Counted from the stretch's first letter, positions 48,678-59,832 are shown. The stretch: 64,000 bases of DNA from Hadesarchaea archaeon (GCA_029259185.1 JAPDJF010000001.1:32001-96000), one strand, 5' to 3'. The notes: generated by a model not told the origin, from the sequence alone. Translations and numbers: made by a program.

Positions 48678-49075
48678 AATCGATGAACGAAGGCGAAACC
48701 TTGAGCCCAGCAGATGTTGAGGAGTTAGTGGCCAAGCTTGCTAGGGAAGGGCATCCTCCGAGTCGCATCGGGCTCATATTGCGAGACCTCCACGGGATAG
48801 GTTCCGTCAAGCGGGTGGTTGGCAAAAGCGTTACCCAGATCCTTGAAGCTCATGGAATGAAAAGAGAGGTACCGGAGGACTTGGCCAACCTCATCAGAAA
48901 GGCGGTCCGGTTGTACAGACACCTGGAGAAGAACAGGAAGGATAAGGTATCGCGACGTTCGCTTGAGATAACCGAGCAGAAGATCAAGAGGCTCTCTAAA
49001 TACTACGTGCGAACCGGGAAGCTCCCCAAAGGCTGGCGCTACGACAGAGATAAGGCGCCCCTGCTCGTGAAATGA
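48674..49075 (+). CDS. rps15: 30S ribosomal protein uS15
   Basis: PS.IG.ILRD, PEDL.NL and KI.RL.KYY motifs. Confidence 0.95.
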   Translation: MKSMNEGETLSPADVEELVAKLAREGHPPSRIGLILRDLHGIGSVKRVVGKSVTQILEAHGMKREVPEDLANLIRKAVRLYRHLEKNRKDKVSRRSLEITEQKIKRLSKYYVRTGKLPKGWRYDRDKAPLLVK

Positions 49076-49082
49076 TGAAAAG

Positions 49083-50480
49083 GTGGAAACGTTGCGTCCG
49101 GAGATTTCAGCATTCGAGAAGAAGGCGGGAGAAATAGCAAGTTTCTTGGAGGAAAAGCTTGAGGACAGGCCCACGATAGACATCTTCACCCACGCTGATG
49201 CTGATGGGATCTCGGCTGCGAGCATCTTCGCCACGTGTTTGCACGTGAACGACGTGCCTTTCCGGATAAAATTTACCCGCCCATTTGGAGCTCGGGGGAT
49301 ACTCGAACTCGGAAAGCTGGACGATGGGAAGAGGTTCTTCGTCTTTATAGATCAGGGAAGTAGAGAGATCCCGACCATCCGGAAGGCTATATTCAGCAAG
49401 GGGCATGATGTGCTCGTCTTGGATCACCATCCGGGTGGGCCTGTGGATGAGCCTGGCTTGATGTATTTGAACCCACACTTGATGGGAATGAACGGGGCGA
49501 AGGAGGCGTGTGCTTCGACTGTCGTCTATTCGGTGGTAGAGAAAATAGATGAGAGAGTCAAGCATCAGGTGTGGCTGGCCCTCGTTGGGGCGATAGGGGA
49601 TCGTCAAGAATTTCCGAGCGGATTCACCGGCATAAACGAGATACTCTTCAGGAAGGCGGTGGAGAGGGGAGTGGTGACGGTGAAGGAGGGGCTAAAACTC
49701 CTCGACCGCGAATTCTTCCCCGCAGCCGAGTGTTTGAGGCTTTCGGTCAGACCGTACCTCCCAAACGTTTCGGGTAATCCCAGCGCGTGTGTTGAATTAG
49801 TTCAGATGGTGGGTGTCCCTTCTTCCTTGTCGATAGATGAACTCGGTATTGAGAAGGAAAAACTTCTGTGTGATGCGTTGATCGCTAGGCTAGGGATCCC
49901 CGAGAGCGATTTCCATCACGTGGTGTGGGGTCCTGTGTATTACCTCAAAAAGCACAAAGAGTTTCCTAACCTCCGCAAATGGGCTGTGGCCCTTGACGCG
50001 AGTGACACCTACGAGAAGCCGGAGATCGGGTTCGCGGCCAACATGGGCGACGAGGAGGCGAGAGATGAATGCCTCCTTTTGCTTCAAGGATTCGAGCGCA
50101 GGATGCTTGAGAACATGGAGTGGCTCAAACGCAATGTGAGGTCTTTTGAGGTTACCTCCAAGGCGAGGTACGTTCGGGTGGGGAAGGAGGTTCCGGCTTC
50201 GGAGATGGGTGAAATGCTCTCTCTCGCCTTGGAGTCGAGGCTCGTTGAGGCGGATCGTCCCGTGATAGGGTTAGCGGAGGCAAGCGAAGATGAAATGAAG
50301 ATTTCTGGAAGGGCCACCTTTGACTTGACTGCTGGTGGGATAGACATCGGAAAGGCGATGAGCGAAGCGGCAAAAGCCGTCGGCGGGGAGGGAGGAGGAC
50401 ACGATGTTTCAGGTGCTGCTTACGTGCCTAGAGATAGAGTTGATGACTTCATCCGGGTGCTTGAGCAAAACCTGGGCTAA
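49083..50480 (+). CDS. Second DHH/DHHA1 RecJ/Cdc45-like protein
   Basis: HADADG, DHH, GD.Q and GGGH motifs; usual position after rps15. Confidence 0.9.
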   Translation: METLRPEISAFEKKAGEIASFLEEKLEDRPTIDIFTHADADGISAASIFATCLHVNDVPFRIKFTRPFGARGILELGKLDDGKRFFVFIDQGSREIPTIRKAIFSKGHDVLVLDHHPGGPVDEPGLMYLNPHLMGMNGAKEACASTVVYSVVEKIDERVKHQVWLALVGAIGDRQEFPSGFTGINEILFRKAVERGVVTVKEGLKLLDREFFPAAECLRLSVRPYLPNVSGNPSACVELVQMVGVPSSLSIDELGIEKEKLLCDALIARLGIPESDFHHVVWGPVYYLKKHKEFPNLRKWAVALDASDTYEKPEIGFAANMGDEEARDECLLLLQGFERRMLENMEWLKRNVRSFEVTSKARYVRVGKEVPASEMGEMLSLALESRLVEADRPVIGLAEASEDEMKISGRATFDLTAGGIDIGKAMSEAAKAVGGEGGGHDVSGAAYVPRDRVDDFIRVLEQNLG

Positions 50481-50513
50481 GAGCTATGTTTTTAACGATC
50501 CTGGGGAAGTCGG

Positions 50514-51764
50514 TTGATGGATAGGATCGAGAGTATCTCCGCACGAAAAATACTGGACAGCCGGGGAAATCCCACGGTAGAGGTGGAGGTTAGAGGGGGG
50601 AAGGGAGTTGGCAGGGCAGCGGCCCCAGGCGGTGCCAGCAGGGGAAAACATGAAGTGATAGCATTTCCCCCAGGCGGGGTGGAGGTCTCCATCCGCCTGT
50701 TAGAGGAGACCGTACGTCCTGCGTTGGTGGGGGAGGAACTCGATTTCAAGCGGGTGGACACAGTGTTAAGAGAGCTCGATGGTACCTCCAACTTCGCTAA
50801 GATCGGAGGAAACTTAGCTGTGGCCATCTCGATGGCAACCGCCAAGGCCTCAGCCTCTTCGAGGGGCCTCCCTCTCTTCCGATGTTTGGGAGAAGGGGTG
50901 GTGTGTATCCCGTTCCCCCTCGGAAACGTGCTCGGGGGTGGAGCGCATGCGGGGAGGAATGCTCCAGACATCCAAGAGTTCTTGATAATACCTGTGGGGG
51001 CTAAAAAGTTCATCGACGCGGCTTTCGCAAATGCACGAGTGCACCGGAGGGTGAGAGAATACTTGGAGTTCGAGGACGAACGGTTTTCCGGTGGAAAAGG
51101 TGATGAGGGAGCTTGGGCCCCAAACCTAGACAACTCGAAGGCGCTGGAGGTGGTCGTCCGGGCTTGTGAGGAGATAAGTGGGGAGGTGGGATTCCAGATC
51201 AGACCCGGGCTGGATGTGGCTGCGAGCGAGTTGTACGATGAGCGTAGGGGAAAGTATGTGTATAGTCGGGAAGGGGTAACCCGTGATGGGGGCGAGCAGG
51301 TGGATTACGTGGTGGATCTGATCAGGACCTACAAGCTTTTCTACGTTGAGGATCCTCTCCACCAAGAGGATTTCAAAGGGTTCTCCGAACTAACGAGCAA
51401 AGTTGGGGATAGATGTCTGGTGTGTGGAGATGATCTGTTCGTCACGAACGTGGACAGGATAAGAAGGGGGGTGGAGGAAGGGGCTGCAAACGCTGTGATC
51501 GTGAAGCCAAACCAAGTTGGAACTCTGAGCGGTACGAGCGCAGCTATCGGGCTGGCCAAGCGGAACGGATGGTTACCGGTGATGTCCCATCGCTCGGGAG
51601 AGACCACGGATGAGACGATCTCTCACCTAGCGGTGGGGTGGGGATGTCCCATAATAAAAACAGGAGTGGTAGGGGGCGAACGGATAGCAAAGCTCAATGA
51701 GCTGATCCGGATAGAGGAAGAACTCGGAGAAAAAGCTGGAATGGCGAAATTGCAGAACATTTGA
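50514..51764 (+). CDS. eno: Enolase
   Basis: DSRGNPTVE, GDEG, GDDL..TN and SHRSGET motifs. Confidence 0.97.
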   Translation: MMDRIESISARKILDSRGNPTVEVEVRGGKGVGRAAAPGGASRGKHEVIAFPPGGVEVSIRLLEETVRPALVGEELDFKRVDTVLRELDGTSNFAKIGGNLAVAISMATAKASASSRGLPLFRCLGEGVVCIPFPLGNVLGGGAHAGRNAPDIQEFLIIPVGAKKFIDAAFANARVHRRVREYLEFEDERFSGGKGDEGAWAPNLDNSKALEVVVRACEEISGEVGFQIRPGLDVAASELYDERRGKYVYSREGVTRDGGEQVDYVVDLIRTYKLFYVEDPLHQEDFKGFSELTSKVGDRCLVCGDDLFVTNVDRIRRGVEEGAANAVIVKPNQVGTLSGTSAAIGLAKRNGWLPVMSHRSGETTDETISHLAVGWGCPIIKTGVVGGERIAKLNELIRIEEELGEKAGMAKLQNI

Positions 51765-51817
51765 TTCATTCACGATGGATGAAGATAGATTTATGTTACG
51801 AACCCGATTAATCCTCT

Positions 51818-52477
51818 ATGGGCGATGAGATGAGTTCAGGCAAGTTTGAAATGGAGGAGCTCGCGGGAGTGGAGATGCTTGTGGATCTCGAAACGTATCT
51901 CTCCTGTGGGGTCCACATCGGAACTAGGCAGAAAACTGGATCCATGGAACCCTATATCTATCGGGTTCGCCCCGACAGGATATACATACTTGACGTGAGG
52001 AAAACGGATGCGAAAATACGCGTGGCCGCCAAGATGCTCGCGAGGGAGGATCCGGAAAGAGTTCTCGCGGTTTCGGCTAGGCAGTATGCTCAGCAGCCGG
52101 TTCAGAAGTTCTGTGAGGTTACTCGAATGAGGCCCATGACCGGGAGGTTCATCCCTGGAACCTTGACGAATCCCTCTTATAGTGGGTACATGGAGCCTTC
52201 TCTCCTCATCCTCGCAGATCCTATGGCGGATGCGCAGCCATTGAGTGAGGCAGCAAGGGTGGGAATACCTGTTATAGGGCTGTGTGACACGGACAACGAA
52301 ACATCGGACATAGATCTGGTGATCCCAACCAACAACAGAGGAAAGCGTGCCCTCGCATTGGTTTACTGGTTGCTTGCCCGCCAAGTCTTAAGGGAAAGGA
52401 ATGAGCTCGCACTCGACACACCATTTCCCATCCCCATCGAGGACTTTCAGAGCAAACCAAAGGAGGCTGTAAAGTGA
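51818..52477 (+). CDS. rps2: 30S ribosomal protein uS2
   Basis: GVHIGT, GRF.PGTLTN and IPTNN.G motifs. Confidence 0.97.
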   Translation: MGDEMSSGKFEMEELAGVEMLVDLETYLSCGVHIGTRQKTGSMEPYIYRVRPDRIYILDVRKTDAKIRVAAKMLAREDPERVLAVSARQYAQQPVQKFCEVTRMRPMTGRFIPGTLTNPSYSGYMEPSLLILADPMADAQPLSEAARVGIPVIGLCDTDNETSDIDLVIPTNNRGKRALALVYWLLARQVLRERNELALDTPFPIPIEDFQSKPKEAVK

Positions 52478-53316
52478 TCCGCTCCCCGGTGGTGGCAGGT
52501 GCGTTTTACGAGAGGGATCCGGTTTCGCTCACCGCTCAGATCGAGTGGTGTTACAAACACTCTCACGGCCCCCGTCGGCTTCCAAAGGTAGGATCCGGCC
52601 CCCGTAAAGTGTTGGGACTGGTGTCCCCGCACGCGGGCTATGTATATTCCGGTCCGGTAGCTGCTCACGGCTACGCTTTGCTCGCCCGAGGGGGGTCCGT
52701 GGAGTCGGTGGTGGTGATAGGCCCAAATCACACCGGAATGGGTTCAGGTGTTTCCGTCTCCCCCCACCAGAAGTGGAGAACTCCGCTCGGTGATGTGGAG
52801 GTGGATACGGAACTATCGAATTCAATAAGGGAAGCTTGTGACATACTGGATTCGGATGAACTCGCTCACATGCGTGAGCACTCGATCGAGGTGCAGTTGC
52901 CTTTCTTGCAGCATCTTTTTGGTTCAAGATTCAAGCTCGTCGCGATATGCATGATGCTTCAAGACGAGAAGACGAGTGAAGAGGTTGGCACCGCTCTCGG
53001 GAGGGTGCTAAAGGGAAGAGACGCCGTTATCATCGCCTCCACCGATTTTACACATTACGAACCCCAAGAGAGGGCTAGGGCCAAAGACGAGAAGGCCATA
53101 GGTCGAATTCTGTCACTCGACTGGCGGGGGCTCTTACGCGCGGTGGAAAGCGAAGGCATAACGATGTGTGGGTATGGTCCGGTTGCTACCATGATCCGTG
53201 CAACGCTTGAGCTCGGGGCGAAAAAAGGGGAGCTGTTGAAGTACGCGACGAGTGGGGATACCGCCGGTCCCATGCCCGAGGTCGTGGGTTATGGGTCTTT
53301 GGCCATCTTGAGATGA
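52474..53316 (+). CDS. MEMO1 family protein (AmmeMemoRadiSam protein B)
   Basis: PHAGYVYSG, EHSIEVQLPF, STDFTHY and MCG motifs. Confidence 0.94.
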   Translation: MIRSPVVAGAFYERDPVSLTAQIEWCYKHSHGPRRLPKVGSGPRKVLGLVSPHAGYVYSGPVAAHGYALLARGGSVESVVVIGPNHTGMGSGVSVSPHQKWRTPLGDVEVDTELSNSIREACDILDSDELAHMREHSIEVQLPFLQHLFGSRFKLVAICMMLQDEKTSEEVGTALGRVLKGRDAVIIASTDFTHYEPQERARAKDEKAIGRILSLDWRGLLRAVESEGITMCGYGPVATMIRATLELGAKKGELLKYATSGDTAGPMPEVVGYGSLAILR

Positions 53317-53320
53317 CTCC

Positions 53321-54109
53321 ATGCGACCGGTCGTGGTGAAACTCGGGGGAAGCGTGATCACGGACAAGACCAGGGAGTTTTCGATCCGAAAGACCACCGT
53401 GAGGAGACTCGCCAAGGAGCTTAAAGTTGAGGAGAGAATGGTGCTCGTCCATGGGGGGGGCTCCTTCGGGCATCCACTCGCCCGACGCTACAAGCTAAAC
53501 GAGGGGTTTAAACACCAGCGACAGCTGATGGGGTTCGCCAAAGTTCAGAGGGCAATGATCCTGCTCAACTCTTACATCTTGGAGGAGCTTCACCGGGCCG
53601 GAATCCCAGCGGTCTCCGTACAGCCCTCTGCGTGCGCGATAGTCGAAAACGGGAGGATAAGATCCATGGAATTGGATCCGATCAAAAAGCTCATGGATCT
53701 CCGGATTTTGCCAGTTTTATACGGGGACGCTGTCGTAGATATGAAACGAGGAATGGGCATACTGTCGGGGGATCAGCTCGTGGTCCATCTAGCTTTGAAT
53801 CTCAATGCCTCGCGTGTCGTGCTTGGGGTGGATGTGGATGGTGTCTTCACCTCCGATCCAAAGCTGAACCCTGAGGCCGAGTTGATCGGAGAGATCACTC
53901 CTGAGAGCTGGAGGAGGATTCGGTCCCGCATCTCAGTCTCGAGCGGCTCGGACGTGACGGGAGGGATGTTTGGAAAGGTTAGGGAACTCCTGACCTTGGC
54001 GAGATGGGGGATAGAAGCCCAAGTGGTGAACGCAGGGAAGAGGGGTGTCCTAAGGAGAGCGATATGCGGAGATCGAGGGCTCGGAACCCTGATAACCGTG
54101 GGTGAGTGA
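53321..54109 (+). CDS. ipk: Isopentenyl phosphate kinase
   Basis: KLGGSVITDK, HGGGSFGH and DVTGGM motifs. Confidence 0.93.
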   Translation: MRPVVVKLGGSVITDKTREFSIRKTTVRRLAKELKVEERMVLVHGGGSFGHPLARRYKLNEGFKHQRQLMGFAKVQRAMILLNSYILEELHRAGIPAVSVQPSACAIVENGRIRSMELDPIKKLMDLRILPVLYGDAVVDMKRGMGILSGDQLVVHLALNLNASRVVLGVDVDGVFTSDPKLNPEAELIGEITPESWRRIRSRISVSSGSDVTGGMFGKVRELLTLARWGIEAQVVNAGKRGVLRRAICGDRGLGTLITVGE

Positions 54110-55193
54110 GATGGGAAACATAAGCCAGAGGAAGAGAACTCACGTAGATGTCTGCCTGGAAAAGGATGTAGAGATGATGTGGACCACTCCTGGGTTCGAA
54201 GAGATCTTCTTCGTCCACGAGGCTCTTCCAGAGATAAACTTCGACGAAGTGGATCTCGAGACTTCATTTTTGGGTAAAGAACTCAGAGCCCCCCTGCTCA
54301 TCTCGCCGATGACGGGGGGGTATGAGTACGGAAGAAAGCTCAACATGGTGCTCGCTAGGGTGGCGGAGGAATTCGGACTCGCATTCGGTGTTGGAAGCCA
54401 GAGAGCGGCGATAGAGGATCCGAAGCTTGAGAAAACCTATCAGGTGAGGGAGGTTGCTCCCACCACCCTGCTCGTGGCGAATTTGGGCATATCACAGTTT
54501 TCCGAAAGAGGGGTGGAAGAGGCAAAAAGGGCAGTTGAAATGATAGATGCGGATGCACTTTCGATCCACCTCAACCCCCTTCAAGAGGTCATCCAACCAG
54601 AGGGGCAACCAGACTACCGGGGGGCCCTCCGATACTTCCGAAATATCTGTGCGGGTGTGGGACTTCCGGTTATAGCCAAAGAAACCGGGGCTGGTATAAA
54701 CTCTGGCGTTGCTAGGAAGCTCGTCAGGGCAGGAGCTTCTGCTATAGATGTGAGTGGAGCGGGGGGCACCTCTTGGGCGGGAGTGGAGACCCTCAGGGAA
54801 TCGCCTCGGGCCCACCTAGGTCGCACGTTTTGGGAATGGGGGATTCCAACCGCGGTCTGTACCGCGGAGGTGGCCCGCTCGGTGAGCGTGCCGGTGATCG
54901 CAAGCGGGGGGATACGTTCAGGGTTGGATGCAGCGAAGGCAATAGCACTTGGTGCGGATCTCGTGGGTGTGGCTCTCCCTCTTCTGCGTATGGCATCTCG
55001 TGGTCGGAAAGCGGTGGAGAGATGGGTGGAGAGATTCCTTCAAGAGATGCGTCTGGCGATGTTCCTGACAGGGAGTCCGGACTTGAAGAAACTCAAGAAG
55101 GTTCCACTTGTGGTCACGGGCAAGATGCGTGACTGGTTTCTCGCCCGAGGGATAAAAATAAAACTAAGGAAAAGTGGGGGGCCGGGTGGATGA
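54102..55193 (+). CDS. fni: Type 2 isopentenyl-diphosphate isomerase
   Basis: RK..H, MTGG, GSQR, HLN..QE and GGT motifs. Confidence 0.96.
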   Translation: MSEMGNISQRKRTHVDVCLEKDVEMMWTTPGFEEIFFVHEALPEINFDEVDLETSFLGKELRAPLLISPMTGGYEYGRKLNMVLARVAEEFGLAFGVGSQRAAIEDPKLEKTYQVREVAPTTLLVANLGISQFSERGVEEAKRAVEMIDADALSIHLNPLQEVIQPEGQPDYRGALRYFRNICAGVGLPVIAKETGAGINSGVARKLVRAGASAIDVSGAGGTSWAGVETLRESPRAHLGRTFWEWGIPTAVCTAEVARSVSVPVIASGGIRSGLDAAKAIALGADLVGVALPLLRMASRGRKAVERWVERFLQEMRLAMFLTGSPDLKKLKKVPLVVTGKMRDWFLARGIKIKLRKSGGPGG

Positions 55194-56512
55194 TCGAGAT
55201 CTTGCCACTAGGTGGTCTAGGAGAGGTGGGAAGAAACATGACTGCGGTAAGGTTCGACGATCAGTGGGTGATCATAGATATGGGTATAAGGCTGGATGCA
55301 GTTCAGGCCTTCGAGGATCTGGACATAAGCGGGATGAGTTCAGAGGAGCTCGTCAACATAAATGCAATTCCAGATGATAGGCTGGTCCGCAAACGCAACG
55401 TGCGAGCGATCGTGCTCACCCATGGTCACTTGGATCACATAGGGGCAGTGGGCAAGCTAGCCCACGCCTACGATGCGCCCATTTATGGTACCCCTTTCAC
55501 GATAGAACTCGTGAAGAAGCTGGTGTGGGAGGAGAGAACCGTCAAGCCCAAACAGGAGTTCGTGAAGGTGAGCCCGGGGGATCGGATTGAAATAGGCGAT
55601 CTAGAGATAAGTTTTTATCATGCGACCCACAGCATCCCCCAGACGGTTTTCGTGATGTTGAGGATGGGGGAACGGGCGGTCCTGTGTGCAAGCGATTTCA
55701 AGCTGGATGGAGCCCCCCTCTTGGGTCCTCCAGCGGATCTGGATGAGCTACATCGGGTGGGGAGAGAGGGTGTGAGCATTGCGCTGGTTGGATCGGTGAG
55801 GGTCGACGAGCCTGGTCCTACGGGGAGCGAGGCGAAGGCGAGGAGTATGCTTGAAGAAACGATGGAGAAGGCGAACTCCGGTGGCAAAGCTCTCTTAGCC
55901 ACCACATTTTCTTCCCACATAGCGAGAATAAAATCCATGGTAGATATTTCCTTCCAATTGGGTCGTGTGCCAGTGTTGGTTGGAAGGTCTCTCCGGAGCT
56001 ACGTTTCAACGGCTTTGAAACTCGGTTTGGTTTCCTTACCAGAGGAGGTTTCGATGTATGGAAGTCCGGAATCGATGAGAAAATTTTTGAAAAAAGCCAA
56101 CGGTTCAAAAGGGGATTACGTGGTTATATGCACGGGTCACCAAGGTGAGCCTGGATCGATTCTCAGCAGGATAGCGGATAGGCAACTCCCGTTCAGGATA
56201 AGCTCGGGGGATCAGGTCATATTTTCGGTGAGCGTGATCCCTAATCCGATAAACCAGAGCAATAGGGAACTCCTCGAAACAAAGCTCTTAGCCCAAGGTG
56301 CGAGGGTATATCGGGACGTCCATGTCTCCGGACACGCGGCGCGTGCCGACACGGCGGAATTTTTGAGATTGGTATCACCCGAGCATCTGGTTCCCTGTCA
56401 TGGTACCCCGGAGAAGCTGAAGGCGATGGCCGCATTGGGTAGGGAACTCGGTTATGGGAGACCCAACATCCACCTGCTCGAAAATGGTAGCTCGTTGAGG
56501 TTGTTCACGTGA
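55190..56512 (+). CDS. rnj: Ribonuclease J
   Basis: GG.GEVGRN, HGHLDH and HVSGH motifs. Confidence 0.94.
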   Translation: MIEILPLGGLGEVGRNMTAVRFDDQWVIIDMGIRLDAVQAFEDLDISGMSSEELVNINAIPDDRLVRKRNVRAIVLTHGHLDHIGAVGKLAHAYDAPIYGTPFTIELVKKLVWEERTVKPKQEFVKVSPGDRIEIGDLEISFYHATHSIPQTVFVMLRMGERAVLCASDFKLDGAPLLGPPADLDELHRVGREGVSIALVGSVRVDEPGPTGSEAKARSMLEETMEKANSGGKALLATTFSSHIARIKSMVDISFQLGRVPVLVGRSLRSYVSTALKLGLVSLPEEVSMYGSPESMRKFLKKANGSKGDYVVICTGHQGEPGSILSRIADRQLPFRISSGDQVIFSVSVIPNPINQSNRELLETKLLAQGARVYRDVHVSGHAARADTAEFLRLVSPEHLVPCHGTPEKLKAMAALGRELGYGRPNIHLLENGSSLRLFT

Positions 56513-57504
56513 GCGTCGCCGATTATGTAAACAGGAAGGCACCGCTCATCGAGAGGGTCATCGACCAGCTCTTGCCCCCAAACATGCGACCGATGGTTCT
56601 CGCCAGAGCTTCTAGGCACCTGATCAAAGCTGGAGGGAAAAGGCTTCGCCCGTGTTTGGTCATAGCGGGTTGCGAAGTTGTGGGTGGGAAGGCGCGTGAT
56701 GCCCTTGAGGCAGCGGCTGCCATTGAATTCCTGCACACGTTTTCTTTGATTCACGATGATATCATGGATCACGGGGAGTTAAGAAGGAACGTTAGGACCG
56801 TTCATCTCCTGTGGGGAGAGCCAATAGCTATCGTAGCGGGAGATGCTCTCTTTGCGAAAGTTTTCGAAGCAATCGCGGTGAACGCTAGGCGCCTCAAGCT
56901 CGACGGTGCCCGGACGGCGGAACTCTTCAGAATCTTGAGCACGGCCAGCTTCGAGTTGAGCCGAGGACAGGCACTTGATCTCCTTTTCGCTAATCGAAAA
57001 GCACTGAGTGAGGAGGAGTACATAGAGATGGTGGGTTTGAAAACCGGTGCACTCATGAAAGCCTCTGTGATGGTGGGCGGGATCATCGGAGGTGGTGGGC
57101 ACACCGAGGTGAGGCTGTTGGGGGAATACGGGAAGTCTCTGGGGGTAGCGTTTCAGGTTCAGGACGATATACTAGGATTGGTGGGGGAAGAGGGAGAACT
57201 CGGTAAACCGGTGGGATCGGATCTAGTCGAGGGCAAACGTACTCTCCCAGTCCTCATGGCCATGCGGATGCTTAAGGGCAAAGAGCGCTCTAAGCTTCTC
57301 AGAACCCTCGGAAACCCGAGGGCTAGGGAGGAGGTTAGGGAGGTCGTGGACATCCTTCGGGAGAGGGGGATAATCGAGGGGGCTAGGGAGAAAGCACTTG
57401 AGTTCTCGAAGAGGGCGAGGTCAAAGGTCGGGGGATTCAAGGATTCCGAAGCCCGGAGATTTTTACTCGAGCTAACAGAGTTTGTGATCGAACGGCGGTC
57501 GTAG
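56509..57504 (+). CDS. idsA: Geranylgeranyl diphosphate synthase
   Basis: GGKRLRP, HDDIMD..RR, KTG and QDD motifs. Confidence 0.93.
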   Translation: MSVADYVNRKAPLIERVIDQLLPPNMRPMVLARASRHLIKAGGKRLRPCLVIAGCEVVGGKARDALEAAAAIEFLHTFSLIHDDIMDHGELRRNVRTVHLLWGEPIAIVAGDALFAKVFEAIAVNARRLKLDGARTAELFRILSTASFELSRGQALDLLFANRKALSEEEYIEMVGLKTGALMKASVMVGGIIGGGGHTEVRLLGEYGKSLGVAFQVQDDILGLVGEEGELGKPVGSDLVEGKRTLPVLMAMRMLKGKERSKLLRTLGNPRAREEVREVVDILRERGIIEGAREKALEFSKRARSKVGGFKDSEARRFLLELTEFVIERRS

Positions 57505-57514
57505 GTAGAGGAGT

Positions 57515-59206
57515 TTGGAAGGGATACGCGGGCTGGTGTGTAGGCTCGTTTTGGAGAATGCGATTGAGCACAAGGGAAAGGCCGAAGTGGACTCAGTGGT
57601 CAGGAGACTCGCAGCGGAACTCCCTGAACTCCGCCCCAAGCTCAAGGAGGTTCTTCCGCTGGTGAGGGAGATCGTTTCCGAGGTGAATGCCCTCTCTCAC
57701 GAGGAGCAGATCGGGAGGTTGCGGGAATACGGTCCGTTGGAAAGACCAAAGCGAATGAGGAGGGAGGGGTTGCCCGAGCTACCCGAAGTGGAGAAGTATG
57801 AGCAGATCGTTACGAGGTTCGCACCGAATCCAAACGGTCCTCTACACTTGGGTCATGTGCGCGCAGCTTTGCTTAGTTACGAATATGCTCGGATGTACGG
57901 TGGGAAGTTCATCCTGCGATTTGAGGACACGAATCCTGTGAACGCTAGATTGGATATGTATGAGTTGATCAAGGAGGATCTCAGGTGGTTAGGGATAGAG
58001 TGGGATGAAGAGTTCGTTCAATCGGATCGGATGGAGCTCTATTACCGAATAGCAGAGAGGTTGCTTGAAGGAGGTAAAGCATACGTCTGTACATGTGAGG
58101 TCGAGAATTTCAGGGGCTTACGGGACAAGGGAGAGCCGTGCCCCTGCAGGGAGCTACGGGTGGAGGAGCACATGGTGAGGTGGAGGAGGATGGTGGGAGG
58201 AAAGTATGAGGAAGGTGAGGCGGTGATGCGTTTGAAAACGGATCTTCGACACCCGAACCCAGCGGTCAGGGACTGGCCTGCTTTCAGAGTGGTGAAGTCA
58301 CCCCATCCTAGGGTGGGCATGCGGTACAACGCTTGGCCCCTCTACAATTTCTCGGTTTCAGTGGACGATCATGAGATGGGGATAACCCATATCATAAGGG
58401 GAAAGGAGCATGAGGTGAACGAACTCAGACAACGAGCCCTCTTCAAGTACTTGGGCTGGAGGTACCCCACGGTGGTCCAGTACGGCAGACTAACACTGGC
58501 GGGGATGAAGCTCAGCAAAACAGAAATAGTGAACTCGGTTAGGAGGGGGGAGCTTTCAGGTTACGACGATGTGAGACTCGGTACCCTGTCCGCCCTCCGA
58601 AGGCGTGGGTTCCTCCCTCAAGCTATCAGGAGGGTGATTATGGAGGTGGGTCTGACTACGGTTGACGCCTCGGTGAGCTGGGAAGGGTTGGCAGCCTTTA
58701 ACCGGAAACTCGTGGATGATATCGCGAACAGATACTTCTTCGTACCAGGCGGGGTCGAGCTCTCGATCCTGAAGGCTCCTGAGATCTCGGAAGTGGAGGT
58801 ACCACTGCATCCATCCCACCCCGAGCGTGGGAAACGGAGGATCCCTCTCCGAGCAGAGGAGGGGAAACTTCTAGTTCGGATATCCAGAGTGGATTTGGAC
58901 TCGTTAGAAGAGGGGAAAACCTTTCGCCTGAAGGACTTCATGAACGTCGTTCTGAAGTCGAAATCCCCGCCTGAAGCGGAGTTTCACAGCATGTCTTTGA
59001 TGCCAAACGTCCCAAAGATCCAGTGGGTGCCGGAAAGAGGGGTTGAAGTGGATGTCTTGAAACCCGATGGATCCGTGGAGAAGGGGGTGGCAGAACCCGG
59101 AGTAGCAGGCCTGATTCCGGGTGAGCTAGTTCAGTTTGAGAGGTACGGTTTCGTGAAGATAGAGAAGGTCGGGGAGAGGGTATCGGCAGTGTTCACCCAT
59201 AAATAG
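57515..59206 (+). CDS. gltX: Glutamate-tRNA ligase
   Basis: RFAPNP..HLGH, RGKEH, LSKT and QFERYG motifs. Confidence 0.97.
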   Translation: MEGIRGLVCRLVLENAIEHKGKAEVDSVVRRLAAELPELRPKLKEVLPLVREIVSEVNALSHEEQIGRLREYGPLERPKRMRREGLPELPEVEKYEQIVTRFAPNPNGPLHLGHVRAALLSYEYARMYGGKFILRFEDTNPVNARLDMYELIKEDLRWLGIEWDEEFVQSDRMELYYRIAERLLEGGKAYVCTCEVENFRGLRDKGEPCPCRELRVEEHMVRWRRMVGGKYEEGEAVMRLKTDLRHPNPAVRDWPAFRVVKSPHPRVGMRYNAWPLYNFSVSVDDHEMGITHIIRGKEHEVNELRQRALFKYLGWRYPTVVQYGRLTLAGMKLSKTEIVNSVRRGELSGYDDVRLGTLSALRRRGFLPQAIRRVIMEVGLTTVDASVSWEGLAAFNRKLVDDIANRYFFVPGGVELSILKAPEISEVEVPLHPSHPERGKRRIPLRAEEGKLLVRISRVDLDSLEEGKTFRLKDFMNVVLKSKSPPEAEFHSMSLMPNVPKIQWVPERGVEVDVLKPDGSVEKGVAEPGVAGLIPGELVQFERYGFVKIEKVGERVSAVFTHK

Positions 59207-59226
59207 AAAGGTCATGAGTTTGACAG

Positions 59227-59832
59227 TTGGAGGGATCGTTTCCGAGAACTCTAGGGGGGAGTAACGTGGGTGTTAGGAAGGTGGCTTGGGGGATCACGGG
59301 GAGTGGGGATAGGCTTTCTGAGATCGTCGGGGAGATGAGGAGGATCAAAGAAAGATACGGGGAGGTGGAGATCAGGGTTTTCCTTTCCAAAGCTGGAGAG
59401 CGGGTGGTTAAAATGTATAAGCTCTGGGATGAACTGGGAGATGCCTTCGGGGATTTATTGGTGGAGCAAGATCCGAATACACCATTCCTCGCGGGGGCAC
59501 TCCAAACCGGAGTGTACGAATTCTTTCTCATAGCCCCCGCAACCTCTAACACCGTGGCCAAGTTGGTAGTGGGGATCGCAGATTCTCTGATCACGAATTC
59601 AGCGATCCAAGCACTCAAGGTCTACCCCCCTGTCCCCGTCTACGTCATGCCATGTGACTTGGCGGAAGGATTTGTCGTGACAAGGCTTCCGACCGGCAAG
59701 GAGCTGAAGCTCAGGATCCGAAGAGAGGATGTGGAAAATGTGCGGAGACTCATGGGGATGGAAGGGGTGAAGGTTCTGAAAGGAGTTGATGAACTATGGG
59801 CGGTCTTTCGTGGACACTTCGGGAGCCCATGA
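59227..59832 (+). CDS. afpA: Archaeoflavoprotein AfpA-like (start probably near 59266)
   Basis: VAWGITGSG, PAT.NTVAK...GIAD.L.TN and PCD motifs. Confidence 0.88.
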   Translation: MEGSFPRTLGGSNVGVRKVAWGITGSGDRLSEIVGEMRRIKERYGEVEIRVFLSKAGERVVKMYKLWDELGDAFGDLLVEQDPNTPFLAGALQTGVYEFFLIAPATSNTVAKLVVGIADSLITNSAIQALKVYPPVPVYVMPCDLAEGFVVTRLPTGKELKLRIRREDVENVRRLMGMEGVKVLKGVDELWAVFRGHFGSP